Shown piece after piece: positions 1 to 9,418 of a stretch of DNA of 64,000 bases. Position 1 is the first letter of the stretch; every line of letters starts with the position of its first letter. Both the position numbers and the translations under genes were made by a program. The notes under the pieces were generated by a model. The model had not been told where the DNA came from and made no database searches. It saw nothing but the letters and a program-made list of their open reading frames with translations. This DNA comes from Ignavibacteriota bacterium (GTDB taxonomy: Bacteria > Bacteroidota > Ignavibacteria > UBA10030 > CAVZMI01), in assembly GCA_963776275.1 (NCBI GenBank), contig CAVZMI010000021.1, positions 224,001 through 288,000 on the forward strand, in the 5' to 3' direction.

Positions 1-1
1 C

Positions 2-841
2 TTTTATGGTGATCTATTTACAGCAGATGCGCTTCAGACTGCTGTTGGTGATGTCGAATATGTGTATCACCTTGCCGGTGTTGTCGCAGCAAAGAATCGT
101 GATGGATATTTTCGAGGAAATCAGGGAGGAACTCGCAACATTCTTGAAGCAGTCCTTACTGCAAATCCCGGATTAAAAAAATTTATTTTTGTCAGCAGTC
201 TAACAGCCGTTGGTCCCGCACTCGGTGATAATCCGGTAACAGAGGAGACCGTTCCGCACCCGATCACGGCATACGGTGAGAGCAAACTGGCTGCTGAGAG
301 AGAAGTCATGGATCGATGGAGCACAATTCCGGCTGTTATCATTCGTGCGCCGGCAGTCTATGGTCCGCGTGACGTCGGAATCCTGACATTTTTTCAGACG
401 ATCAATAAAGGACTCGAACCGCTAATCGGTTTTCATGAAAAAAAAGCAAGTCTTGTCCATTCAACCGATCTTGTCAATGGTATTATATTGGCTGGTGAGA
501 ATGAAAAAGCGGTTCGTACTTCGTATTTCATCGGAAGTGAGAGAGGTTATACCTGGAGCGAGCTTGGTGCACTGACTTCACGTTTATTGAACAAAAAAAC
601 GATTAAGATCAAAATTCCCCATTGGATTGTTTTCGCGATTGCAGGTATTTCAGGAGTGGTAGGTAATTTGGGTAAGAAACCGCCGATTTTCAATTTCGAA
701 AAAGGAAAAGACATTACAAGGCCGAACTGGACATGCTCGATAGAAAAAGCAAAAAGAGAGTTGGAATATAGACAGACCATAGCGGTCGAACAGGGTTTTT
801 GGGAAACTATTAAGTGGTATAAACAGCAAGGATGGCTTTGA
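2..841 (+). CDS. NAD-dependent epimerase/dehydratase family (extended SDR), 5'-truncated by window edge
   Basis: Frame open from position 2 (FYGDLF...VYHLAG); motifs VSS, YGESK (YxxxK) and RAPAVYGPRD. Confidence 0.85.
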   Translation, partial: FYGDLFTADALQTAVGDVEYVYHLAGVVAAKNRDGYFRGNQGGTRNILEAVLTANPGLKKFIFVSSLTAVGPALGDNPVTEETVPHPITAYGESKLAAEREVMDRWSTIPAVIIRAPAVYGPRDVGILTFFQTINKGLEPLIGFHEKKASLVHSTDLVNGIILAGENEKAVRTSYFIGSERGYTWSELGALTSRLLNKKTIKIKIPHWIVFAIAGISGVVGNLGKKPPIFNFEKGKDITRPNWTCSIEKAKRELEYRQTIAVEQGFWETIKWYKQQGWL

Positions 842-1019
842 AATCTTGATTCTGAGTCCATTTTTAGCTATTTTATATTTTCTTAAGGGCTCAAGAGAGA
901 CGGGAAGGAAAGATAAGATAAAATTAAAAAGGAAAAATTAAAAAGGAAAAATTATTTATAAGAGTGCTTTATTTCTCCCTTTTTTTAATTTTTACTTTTT
1001 ACTTGCTTTTATCATTGAC

Positions 1020-1237
1020 GACCCCGTAGCTCAACAGGATACCTGCCCGCCGACTGCGTCAGCAGGCAGGGGGGGAGCAACAGCCTTCTAAGTCCCATTC
1101 CGACCGAACTTCGTGAACAGATTGAGACGAAGTTCGCAGTCGGAATGAGGATCCCGATTCTTTGAATTTTTAGGGCATATCGGGACTGTAGGTTGCGCGT
1201 TTTCTCCCGCTTTCAGCGAGACGTGAGGCCGGGGTCA
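1020..1237 (+). pseudogene. tRNA-Arg(TCT) copy interrupted by three hairpin insertions
   Basis: Colinear with intact tRNA at 2503-2576: GACCCCGTAGCTCAAC-GGATA [insert 1042-1074] GAGCAACAGCCTTCTAAG [insert 1093-1185] CTGTAGGTTGCGCGTT [1202-1227 replaces CGATTCGC] GCCGGGGTCA. Confidence 0.85.
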
Positions 1238-1283
1238 CAAAGTCAGGAAGTAAAAAGGTAAAATTAAAAAGTAAAAAGTATTT

Positions 1284-2428
1284 TGTATTATTAAGGAGAT
1301 GTGTTTACACACATCAGTTAACTGTTCTTTGAAATGAAGGTCATTGGAAGGACTTCGAGTTGTCGTATACTTGTGTCTGGATAGGACACAAGGACAACCG
1401 GGAGATCTCCAATGACCACAGACGATCTGATCATTAACCAGCGTCGATCGTTATTAATCTACGCTGAACGTCACGGTGTGAGCCAAGCATGCCGTACTTT
1501 TGGGATGAGCCGAACGAGCTTCTACAAAATAAAAGCACAGTTCATCAAAACAGGGTCATTAGCTCCAAAGGTACGACGAAAGCCTAAAATGCCCAATGAG
1601 ATGGCACTGAGCAAGAAAAAACTCTTACTAGAACTCGTCCAAGAACATCCAGCATGGGGACCACGACGATATGCCTATATTTTTCAACAGCAAGGCATTT
1701 CCGTTACTCATGTGGCGCTCTGGTACCACCTAAAGCGTTTTGGTCTGAATCGTCGCTATCAACGATTGGTCTATCTTGAACGTGCTCGTATGGACAACCG
1801 ACCATTGACCGAACAAACGTTACGCGTGATGAAACGTCAGATCAACAAAGTCAATGAAGGACTCTGGCCGGGGCATATTGTCGCTCTAGATACCTTTTAC
1901 GTGGGTCATCTCAAGCGTGTTGGACGAATCTACCAGATCTCTGGTATTGATCTGTGCTCTCGCTATGGCTGGGCAAAACTCTACACTCGTAAAGATCAAT
2001 CAGCAACGATCGATTTGGTCGAAAATGTGCTTATCCCGAAGTTCTACGACAACGGTATCAATCTCGAGTATGTACTGACGGATAATGGCACTGAGTTCAC
2101 CGGCAGTCAATTCCAGCGTATGCTTGCTGCTTATGATATCAAGCACAATCGAATACCCAAAGGCAAGCCGATCCTTAATGGCACCTGTGAACGTTTTCAA
2201 AGAACAATCCTGGAAGAGTTCTATCAACCAATGTTCCGTACTCGATTCTTCAATTCTCTTCCAGAGTTACAACAAGCTCTTGATAAATATTTATGGTATT
2301 ATAATTTTCAACGTGCTCACTTCGGACTAGCTAAAAAAGGGGCTATTCCGATTGATGTATTTAAATCTAAACATAGTGCTTTACGACAACAATTTCAAAA
2401 ACTGTTAACTTGACTCTTTAGCAGTACA
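1284..2428 (+). mobile_element. IS481-family insertion sequence
   Basis: TGT...ACA ends; imperfect terminal IRs (TGTATTATTAAGGAG..TCAGTTAACTGTTCTTTGAAAT vs reverse complement of right end TGTACTGCTAAAGAGTCAAGTTAACAGTTTTTGAAAT); 7-bp direct repeat AGTATTT at 1277-1283 and 2429-2435. Confidence 0.9.
1412..2413 (+). CDS. IS481-family DDE transposase (HTH + rve integrase core)
   Basis: GVSQACRTFGMSRTSFY HTH; PGHIVALDTFYVG, LTDNGTEF and NGTCERFQRTILEEF DDE motifs. Confidence 0.93.
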   Translation: MTTDDLIINQRRSLLIYAERHGVSQACRTFGMSRTSFYKIKAQFIKTGSLAPKVRRKPKMPNEMALSKKKLLLELVQEHPAWGPRRYAYIFQQQGISVTHVALWYHLKRFGLNRRYQRLVYLERARMDNRPLTEQTLRVMKRQINKVNEGLWPGHIVALDTFYVGHLKRVGRIYQISGIDLCSRYGWAKLYTRKDQSATIDLVENVLIPKFYDNGINLEYVLTDNGTEFTGSQFQRMLAAYDIKHNRIPKGKPILNGTCERFQRTILEEFYQPMFRTRFFNSLPELQQALDKYLWYYNFQRAHFGLAKKGAIPIDVFKSKHSALRQQFQKLLT

Positions 2429-2502
2429 AGTATTTATAATAGCGTTCGATTTCTCTCTTTTTAATTTTTACTTTTTAATTTTTACTTGCTTTTATCATTG
2501 AC

Positions 2503-2576
2503 GACCCCGTAGCTCAACTGGATAGAGCAACAGCCTTCTAAGCTGTAGGTTGCGCGTTCGATTCGCGCCGGGGTCA
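2503..2576 (+). tRNA. tRNA-Arg (anticodon TCT)
   Basis: Acceptor GACCCCG/CGGGGTC, anticodon arm ACAGC-CTTCTAA-GCTGT, T-loop TTCGATT; CCA not encoded. Confidence 0.96.
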
Positions 2577-2687
2577 CAGGATTAGGAAGGAAAAATTAAA
2601 AAGTAAAAAGGAAAAAGTATCTGATATGACTTTCAATTTCTTTTACTTTTTAATTTTTACTTTTTCCTTTTTGTTTTATGCTAAGAT

Positions 2688-2762
2688 GGTGACCATAGTT
2701 CAGTTGGTTAGAACGCCAGATTGTGGCTCTGGAGGTCGTGGGTTCAACTCCCACTGGTCACC
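2688..2762 (+). tRNA. tRNA-His (anticodon GTG)
   Basis: G-1 plus acceptor GTGACCA/TGGTCAC, C discriminator, anticodon arm CCAGA-TTGTGGC-TCTGG, T-loop TTCAACT. Confidence 0.96.
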
Positions 2763-2785
2763 CTTGTAAATGGTGAATTGTGAAT

Positions 2786-3030
2786 AGTGAGTAGTGAATG
2801 TTTCTGTGGCTGGTTAAAGGAAAACCATTCACTATGTGTGAGTTAAGTGAGTAGTGAATGTTTCTGTGGCTGGTTAAAGGAAAACCATTCACTATGTGTG
2901 AGTTAAGTGAGTAGTGAATGTTTCTGTGGCTGGTTAAAGGAAAACCATTCACTATGCGTGAGTTAAGTGAGTAGTGAATGTTTCTGTGGCTGGTTAAAGG
3001 AAAACCATTCACTATGCGTGAGTTAAGTGA
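2786..3030 (+). repeat. Tandem repeat, 4 x 60 bp (plus degenerate partial to ~3060), each unit hairpin-forming
   Basis: Unit AGTGAGTAGTGAATGTTTCTGTGGCTGGTTAAAGGAAAACCATTCACTATGYGTGAGTTA; internal IR TAGTGAATG/CATTCACTA. Confidence 0.95.
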
Positions 3031-3126
3031 TTGGATGACTCCTTAAAGGAAAACCATGCGGGGTGTAACCTGTTTTCGTTCTATACTATATAGACCGATC
3101 ATCAGGATTCAATTTTCACACTTCAT

Positions 3127-3495
3127 ATGGGAAATGCTGAGTTTGCTGAGACTTTAAGGTGCAGGACGAAGCGATTTGCCCTTGATATCATCCGACAAAC
3201 CGAAGATATAACAAAATCGGCAACATCAGAGATCATCAGGAAGCAAATAATTCGGTCAGCGACATCCATTGGAGCGAATTATCGATCAGCGTGCCGTTCA
3301 CGCTCCAAAGCCGATTTTATTGCAAAAATCCGGATTGTAGTAGAAGAAACCGACGAGACTTTGTATTGGTTGGAACTCTTGTGCAATTTGAAATTATTGA
3401 GCCCGGAGGAGTATTCACCAATCCATAGAGAAGGTGAGCAACTAATTGCAATCTTCGTAACCTCGATCCAAACAGTGCAACGCTCATTAAAATAA
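3127..3495 (+). CDS. Four-helix-bundle protein (23S rRNA intervening-sequence protein / bAvd-like family)
   Basis: Family signature QIIRSATSIGANYRSACRSRSKADFIAKIRIVVEETDETLYWLELL. Confidence 0.92.
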   Translation: MGNAEFAETLRCRTKRFALDIIRQTEDITKSATSEIIRKQIIRSATSIGANYRSACRSRSKADFIAKIRIVVEETDETLYWLELLCNLKLLSPEEYSPIHREGEQLIAIFVTSIQTVQRSLK

Positions 3496-3559
3496 TAATA
3501 AGGTTTTTTATCGCCATCTAAACATTCACAATTCAGAATTCACTATTCACCATTTACAT

Positions 3560-3632
3560 GTCCCCATCGTCTAGTGGCCTAGGACATCGCCCTTTCACGG
3601 CGGTAACACGAGTTCGACTCTCGTTGGGGACA
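3560..3632 (+). tRNA. tRNA-Glu (anticodon TTC)
   Basis: Acceptor GTCCCCA/TGGGGAC, anticodon arm TCGCC-CTTTCAC-GGCGG, T-loop TTCGACT. Confidence 0.96.
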
Positions 3633-3839
3633 CTTGTAAATTGCGAATTCAGAATTGTGAATGGTGAGTTAAAAGCGTGCATTGAAGGAGTTCGGAAAAT
3701 ACATCAATAGCATTGTAGTCGGGCACATATACAATTCACTTCCGGCAGCGAGTCGGAGGCTGAATTGTGAGTATTGAAGATATCGAAGAACCGGTTCTCT
3801 GTTACAGACTCTTTTTAATCAGAATTTAAATATACCAAT

Positions 3840-6373
3840 TTATTTTCTTCCTACTGTTACTTTCACCTCATATTCCGGTATCACTGAGATTGAATCTACA
3901 CCTGCGATTTGAGTCGATCCCTTAAAATCCGGCAGGCAGGATTTTGGAAGATACAGTGGCGCATCGCTCCGTATCGGAAGTATTTTCAGATCGACTCCCT
4001 TGGAAAATATATCCGGTGTCAGTCGTTTCAACCCAATTTGCCACGTTGTTCCGTTATAAAAATTATCTGTCACTAACCGCGTGCCTCTATATAACCTGCC
4101 AATGTCTCCTGTGTAACCGATATTCAGAAATACCTCGCTGAAATCTGCATCCTCGTTTTTTGTTACTTTCACGAGCCAGATGCCGCATTTGTCAAATACG
4201 GAATCATCCGGCGTGGTTGCCACCACACAGTTGCGCCAATCGACAAATGGTCCCATCTTTACCGGAGATACCGCCTGCGGCTTCCGGATCTGCTCATAGC
4301 TTTTGAATATTTTCTTTTCTTTCACCATTGATGTATAACGACTGAATACTCCATCGGTACCGGACCTTTTTACAGACACGGCAGAGAGACTATGAATTCC
4401 GACCGATGGAAAAAGAGAAAAAGTAAACGCATTCACATCGCGCGAACGTAAACAGATTTTATCCCCATCAGCAAAGACATCAGCGTCCGTCATCAGCAGA
4501 TAATCTTTTCCGTTTACTGGAATTTTCCATGAGTTGCATGCCTGTTGCTGCGAAAAAAGAAAGACACGGACCTTTTTTCCGGATACAGTTGTCAATTCCA
4601 TCGCCGGCGTTGTAGAGGAGCGCATGCCGTCGACGCAGATGAGTTTATCAACATGTGAGATTCTTCCAGTCTGTGATTGTAACGTCTTCACCGTCGATTC
4701 GACAAAGATAAATTCTGCGGCAATACCGGCAGAGCTGATAAAAAAGTAGTTGACCGTCGTTCCATCGTCGATCATGGTGAACGGCTGGGCGGTTGCATAC
4801 AGCAAGCAAGAACCATTAAGGTCCATATTCAGCGGCCAGAAAAAACATGACTGCGACAAAATATCAACCGGTTTTCTGGGAATCATGATAGTTTCCGTGG
4901 GTAACATCACTTTTACCTGGATACCCTTTTGAATCGGCATAGGATAATTGCGAAGATAGTTGTTCACGAAAAGAAATCCGCTGTTACCTGACGTACGCGC
5001 CGAGACACGAAGTGTGGTTGTATCTCGCTGTCCGGAGGGCATGACATCCGGAAGCACTGCTCTCATGGGTGCCAGAATGGATCCAAAGTCCTTAATGAAT
5101 TGGTGAATCACTTTTAATGGACGAAATGAATCGTTTAATTGTCCGTATTCACGCAACGGCGCCTGAAAATCATACGAGACAACCGGCACATCGTTCGGAT
5201 AACCGGTTGCCTGAGATTCCTGAAGAGTGGTTCTCTTGCCATCAGGATTCGACCCTCCGTGATACATGTAATAACCAATAAGATTTACTCCGGAACCAAG
5301 TGCCGTCAATGCAATGGGCGGGATATCTTCCCCAGACACTCTGACTCGGCGATGGTATGTGACCTGCATTCCCGCTCCGAGTTCTGCGGTACACATCGGG
5401 TAATGCCAGAGTTGAACGTCTTCTTCCGAAGTCGAGGCTCCCTGCGTAATTCCCACGTCACTGTTAATCGGGGTTAAATGAAACTGATAGACATGCTGTG
5501 GATCCGGAGGTAATTCTGCTTTGCTTCCGGACCAGGCCTCGTCGGGGTATCCGCCGAACACCGGAATAACGATATGAGGCGGAACCACGGCGTTGTCCCA
5601 GCCCGTAATTGTATAGAGTGGAACGTCAATTCCTGCGCCAACCGCCATGTTTTTGAGTTTTATTATATGAGCCGCCCCGCCAGTCGGCGCGCGATTCGAA
5701 TATTCGTTCTCAAGCTGTATGCCGATGACAGGTCCGCCATCTTTCCATAATAATCCTTTCAATTGCTTTCCAATTTCATGATAGAATTTTTGGGTGTAGG
5801 AGAGATAGAGGGAATCATTCACACGTGTCTGGCATGCATGCAGTAACCAATCAGGTAATCCGCCGTTTCGGACTTCTGCATGAGACCATCGACCGATACG
5901 CGGAAAAACATACAGGCCATGTTTCGCACACAGTCCGACAAATTTACGCAGATTCTTCCGGCCGGGCAGCATTCAAATTGTCCTTCCAACTCTTCATGAT
6001 GGATCCAGATAATGTACGTCGAGACGACTTGTATTCCGCCCGCTTTCATTTTAAGAAGTTCTTCTTCCCAGTACTTCTCCGGAAAACGGGTGTAATGAAA
6101 CTCGCCCATAACCGGCAACCACGGTTTTTTGTCCAGCAGGATATATCGGCTGTTCACAGAGAGTTGATGCCCGGTTGGGGAGATCCCCGCCTTTATGCTT
6201 CCCATTTGGAGATATCCCGTTTCAGGGGGCGATATCGGAGCGCTTGCATCAATTGAAAATATCGTACCGTCGGTTTTATTTGTCTGTGCAAGAAGGCCCG
6301 CGATTGAAAACAGGGTTGAGAACGCGATCATCGCGAGGCAGCGAGATTCTTTGTAGTTGACGAATGGTATCAA
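3840..6373 (-). pseudogene. GH35 beta-galactosidase, frameshifted near 5964-5971 (pseudogene or sequence error)
   Basis: N-part 5819-6373 has signal peptide and GEFHYTR...KMKAGG...YIIWIHHEE; C-part 3840-5972 has GGPVIGIQLENEY, YYMYHGGSNP, SYDFQAPLREYG. Confidence 0.85.
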
Positions 6374-6400
6374 AATTCACCTTGCTCATTGATCGATGTA

Positions 6401-7723
6401 TTATTTTACAATCAGTGTCTTCGCTATTTTTCGATGTATGTTTGTCAATTGGACAAAATATATCCCCGGACTCATCCTGAGGCTTCTTATAGTAATATTA
6501 TCGTTGTTCTGAGCCGTGGTTTCAAATAGTTTTTGTCCATTCACAGTAAATATTTTGATAGAAGTAGGAATGGTTTTATCTTTCAGAGTGATCATAAAAT
6601 TCTGTCCGGCACCGACAGGATTTGGATAGACGCTGACACCATCACTTTCATTGTTATACCCTTGATTTCTTGGTGCATCCTCTTTCACAGATGTCGAAGA
6701 TGAATCGCCACTTTCCAGAAATGCGTCCAGAGCGACAGTCGGTTTCTTGGTCACCGGGCCCCATGCCCCGAGCTTGTAACCCTGCCAGTTATAGCATTCA
6801 GGTTCCCAATATATAACACCTAAACCATTCACCGATTTTGTTTTTTCTATGAGGTTCAGCAGAAAATGATTCGCCGTAACCGGATCATTGTAGAGATATC
6901 CCGTTTCCACAACCATTACCTTAGTTTGATATCTCGCGATCATGTCTTGCATGGTCAGTAATGACATACTATCATCTGTTTGCCATGACAATCCGGCCCA
7001 GTACGGGTACACCGACATTCCAATGATATCCCACGCAGCTCCGTTATTTTTTAAACCGTCGAATATCCTTCTGTACATGCCATCATTATGACCGTCCGAA
7101 AGATGAACAATAACCTGGATTGTGCTGTCGACAGCCTTCATTGCGTTGTAACCACTTTTAATCATGGCAGCAAAATTATCCATATGGGTTGAAGCCCTTC
7201 CATCCTCCCATAACATCCCGTCATTCGTTTCATTTCCAATCTGCACCCACGCCGGTATAACCCCAATTGATTTCAACGTATCGACTACATCATAGGTGTG
7301 ATTATAAATATCCGTAAGGAGTTGTGGAACTGTATGATGCAACCATGCAGCGGGCTTATTTTGTTTGCCGGGATCAGCCCATGTGTCGCTGTAATGAAAA
7401 TCCAGCATGACTTTGAAACCCATACTATCGGCCCGATGCGCCATTGTCGCTACATCTTTTTTCCCGCACCATCCACCCACAGGATTTACCCAAACTCTGA
7501 AACGGAGCGCATTAATCCCCTTCTCCTTCAGGATTGCCATACAATTTTCTTTCACTCCGGAATCGTTATAAAAAACGTAACCGTAAGATTCCATTTGCGA
7601 CAGCCAGCCGATATCGGCACCGTTCGCAAATTGCGCTTTCGCTTCTCTCGGAAAATGCAAACCAAAGAACAGGATAATGAACAACAGAATATTTTTCAGA
7701 AAGAATAATTCGTTTTTCTCCAT
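6401..7723 (-). CDS. GH53 endo-1,4-beta-galactanase with T9SS C-terminal sorting domain
   Basis: GADIGW, RFRVWVNP, DFHYSDTWADPGKQ, VQIGNE, VVETG, YWEPE; CTD VYPNP...GIYFVQL. Confidence 0.93.
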   Translation of the reverse strand: MEKNELFFLKNILLFIILFFGLHFPREAKAQFANGADIGWLSQMESYGYVFYNDSGVKENCMAILKEKGINALRFRVWVNPVGGWCGKKDVATMAHRADSMGFKVMLDFHYSDTWADPGKQNKPAAWLHHTVPQLLTDIYNHTYDVVDTLKSIGVIPAWVQIGNETNDGMLWEDGRASTHMDNFAAMIKSGYNAMKAVDSTIQVIVHLSDGHNDGMYRRIFDGLKNNGAAWDIIGMSVYPYWAGLSWQTDDSMSLLTMQDMIARYQTKVMVVETGYLYNDPVTANHFLLNLIEKTKSVNGLGVIYWEPECYNWQGYKLGAWGPVTKKPTVALDAFLESGDSSSTSVKEDAPRNQGYNNESDGVSVYPNPVGAGQNFMITLKDKTIPTSIKIFTVNGQKLFETTAQNNDNITIRSLRMSPGIYFVQLTNIHRKIAKTLIVK

Positions 7724-7879
7724 GCCTCCCCCTCTATTCTACCAATTGTCGTACTAATTATTTTCTCGTTCTTCAATCAAAAAACATCTTCACAGAGAAT
7801 GCCGAACTTTTTTTCCACCAAAAACAATCTCCATACCGTGATCTGAAGTGTCCATCAATTGTTGTGAAGATCTATAGTA

Positions 7880-8881
7880 TCATGTTGATTCTCTAATGAT
7901 TAATTTTGTCTCAATAATTTGTGTTCTTGATTTCGTTCGTTCTCCGTTGATCATCTCCAGAAGCATTGATCCGGCCTTTTTCCCCATTTCATACGGGAAC
8001 TGATCGATAGTGGTAAGTGTCGGATGAATCATCGATGTGATGACATTATTCGAAAAACCTATTACGGCGATATCATCGGGAATGGTTAAATTCGCTTCCT
8101 TAATTCTTTGGTAAGCCCCTATGGCTACCGGATCATTTACAGCAAAAAGTGCATCTGGAATTAAATTTTTCCGTAGAAGCGCATCCATGGAATTATAACC
8201 GAACGACTCATCCAAATCTCCTGCTACAATAAAATCGTCAATGATCGGAAGATCAGTAACGCGCAGAGCATCGAGATATCCTTCCAGCCTTTTTTGGCAT
8301 ATTTGAAGTGTCATCGGCCCCGCGAAGTGCGCGATTCTTCTCCGACCTTTGTCTATGAGATACTTGACCGCATTAAAAGAACTTTTATAATCGTCAATAA
8401 TAACTTTATCCGTGTCGATATCGTCCCACACACGGTCAAAAAATAAAAGTGATATTTTATGTTTCAATAAATGTCGAAAATGTTCTCCCGACTTTGTGTT
8501 CTGAGAAATAGAGGCGATCACACCAGCGACACGGTGCTGCATAAGGAGATTCGTATTTACAACCTCCCGTTCATAGCTTTCATTTGACTGACAAAGGATG
8601 ATTGTATACCCGGACTTGTAGGCAATCTCTTCTATTCCGCTTATGGCCGATGAAAAAAAATCGTGCCGTATTTCAGGGACGATCACACCAATAGTTTTTG
8701 TGCGATTACTTTTAAGGCTCTGTGCTATGACATTTGGGGCATAATGAAATTGTCGCGCCACATTTCTTACTCTCTCTTTCGTCGAATCTTTGATATCGGG
8801 ATGATCATGGAGTGCCCGAGAGACTGTCGAAGGAGATAACTTAAGCCTCTGTGCAATATCGATTATTGTCTTTTGTTTCAT
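7880..8881 (-). CDS. LacI-family transcriptional regulator
   Basis: TIIDIAQRLKLSPSTVSRAL HTH; PBP-like effector domain (FFDR, NDPVAIG, IPDDIAVIGF). Confidence 0.95.
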   Translation of the reverse strand: MKQKTIIDIAQRLKLSPSTVSRALHDHPDIKDSTKERVRNVARQFHYAPNVIAQSLKSNRTKTIGVIVPEIRHDFFSSAISGIEEIAYKSGYTIILCQSNESYEREVVNTNLLMQHRVAGVIASISQNTKSGEHFRHLLKHKISLLFFDRVWDDIDTDKVIIDDYKSSFNAVKYLIDKGRRRIAHFAGPMTLQICQKRLEGYLDALRVTDLPIIDDFIVAGDLDESFGYNSMDALLRKNLIPDALFAVNDPVAIGAYQRIKEANLTIPDDIAVIGFSNNVITSMIHPTLTTIDQFPYEMGKKAGSMLLEMINGERTKSRTQIIETKLIIREST

Positions 8882-8940
8882 TGTAAATGATGCTCAGAAT
8901 TCTTGACCCTTATTGAAAAGGCTATTACATGAAAAATAGA

Positions 8941-9200
8941 TCATTTCACCAGTATCATTTTTTTTAGGAATTGAAATCAACCACCTCAATCCTGTAAAGA
9001 TAAATCCCGGGAACCAGATTCTCCGCGTCAAATTCCGTCGAATATATGCCCTCGTCGAATTTGACGTTAACCGGAGTTTTGAAGACCTGGCCGAGAATAG
9101 TATACACCACCAATAGTATCTATGGGGTTCTCGGCACGGAAAAATCACTTCGCATTGTGGGATTGAACAGATTCGGAAAGTTCTGTAGTAACGAATACCG
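8941..9200 (-). pseudogene. Decayed stand-alone T9SS type-A sorting-domain remnant
   Basis: Minus strand reads YSLLQNFPNLFNPT...TP*ILLVVYTILGQ...GIYLYRI..NS*, then shifted KMILVK*. Confidence 0.7.
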
Positions 9201-9418
9201 AATCGACATTGTGCGGATCGCGTTTATTTTCTCCCCTGAAATCTTCGGTATACTATAGATTACAATTGATCACATATGACGAAAAAAAAGGTGCTCCGTG
9301 AATTCATCTTCTACGATCGTCTCCACAAGCTGCTTTCCGGACCAGGTTTCAATAAAGGCACGTGTACAACAGCAGATGCACTGTTATACACGTGCATTAA
9401 ATCGCTTGAGAGTGACGC

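Noticed and set aside
1093-1185. Group I or archaeal-type tRNA intron
   Set aside because: Only 93 nt, no group I core recognisable, inserted in the anticodon stem, and the T-arm of this copy is also damaged.
2758-3012. 84-aa repeat ORF on the minus strand
   Set aside because: By-product of a stop-free 60-bp tandem repeat, antisense to the tRNA operon.
2786-3030. CRISPR array
   Set aside because: Units are contiguous and near-identical with no unique spacers; no cas genes in the window.
3127-3495. Diversity-generating retroelement (Avd-like gene plus repeats)
   Set aside because: No reverse transcriptase and no TR/VR pair with adenine-specific differences.
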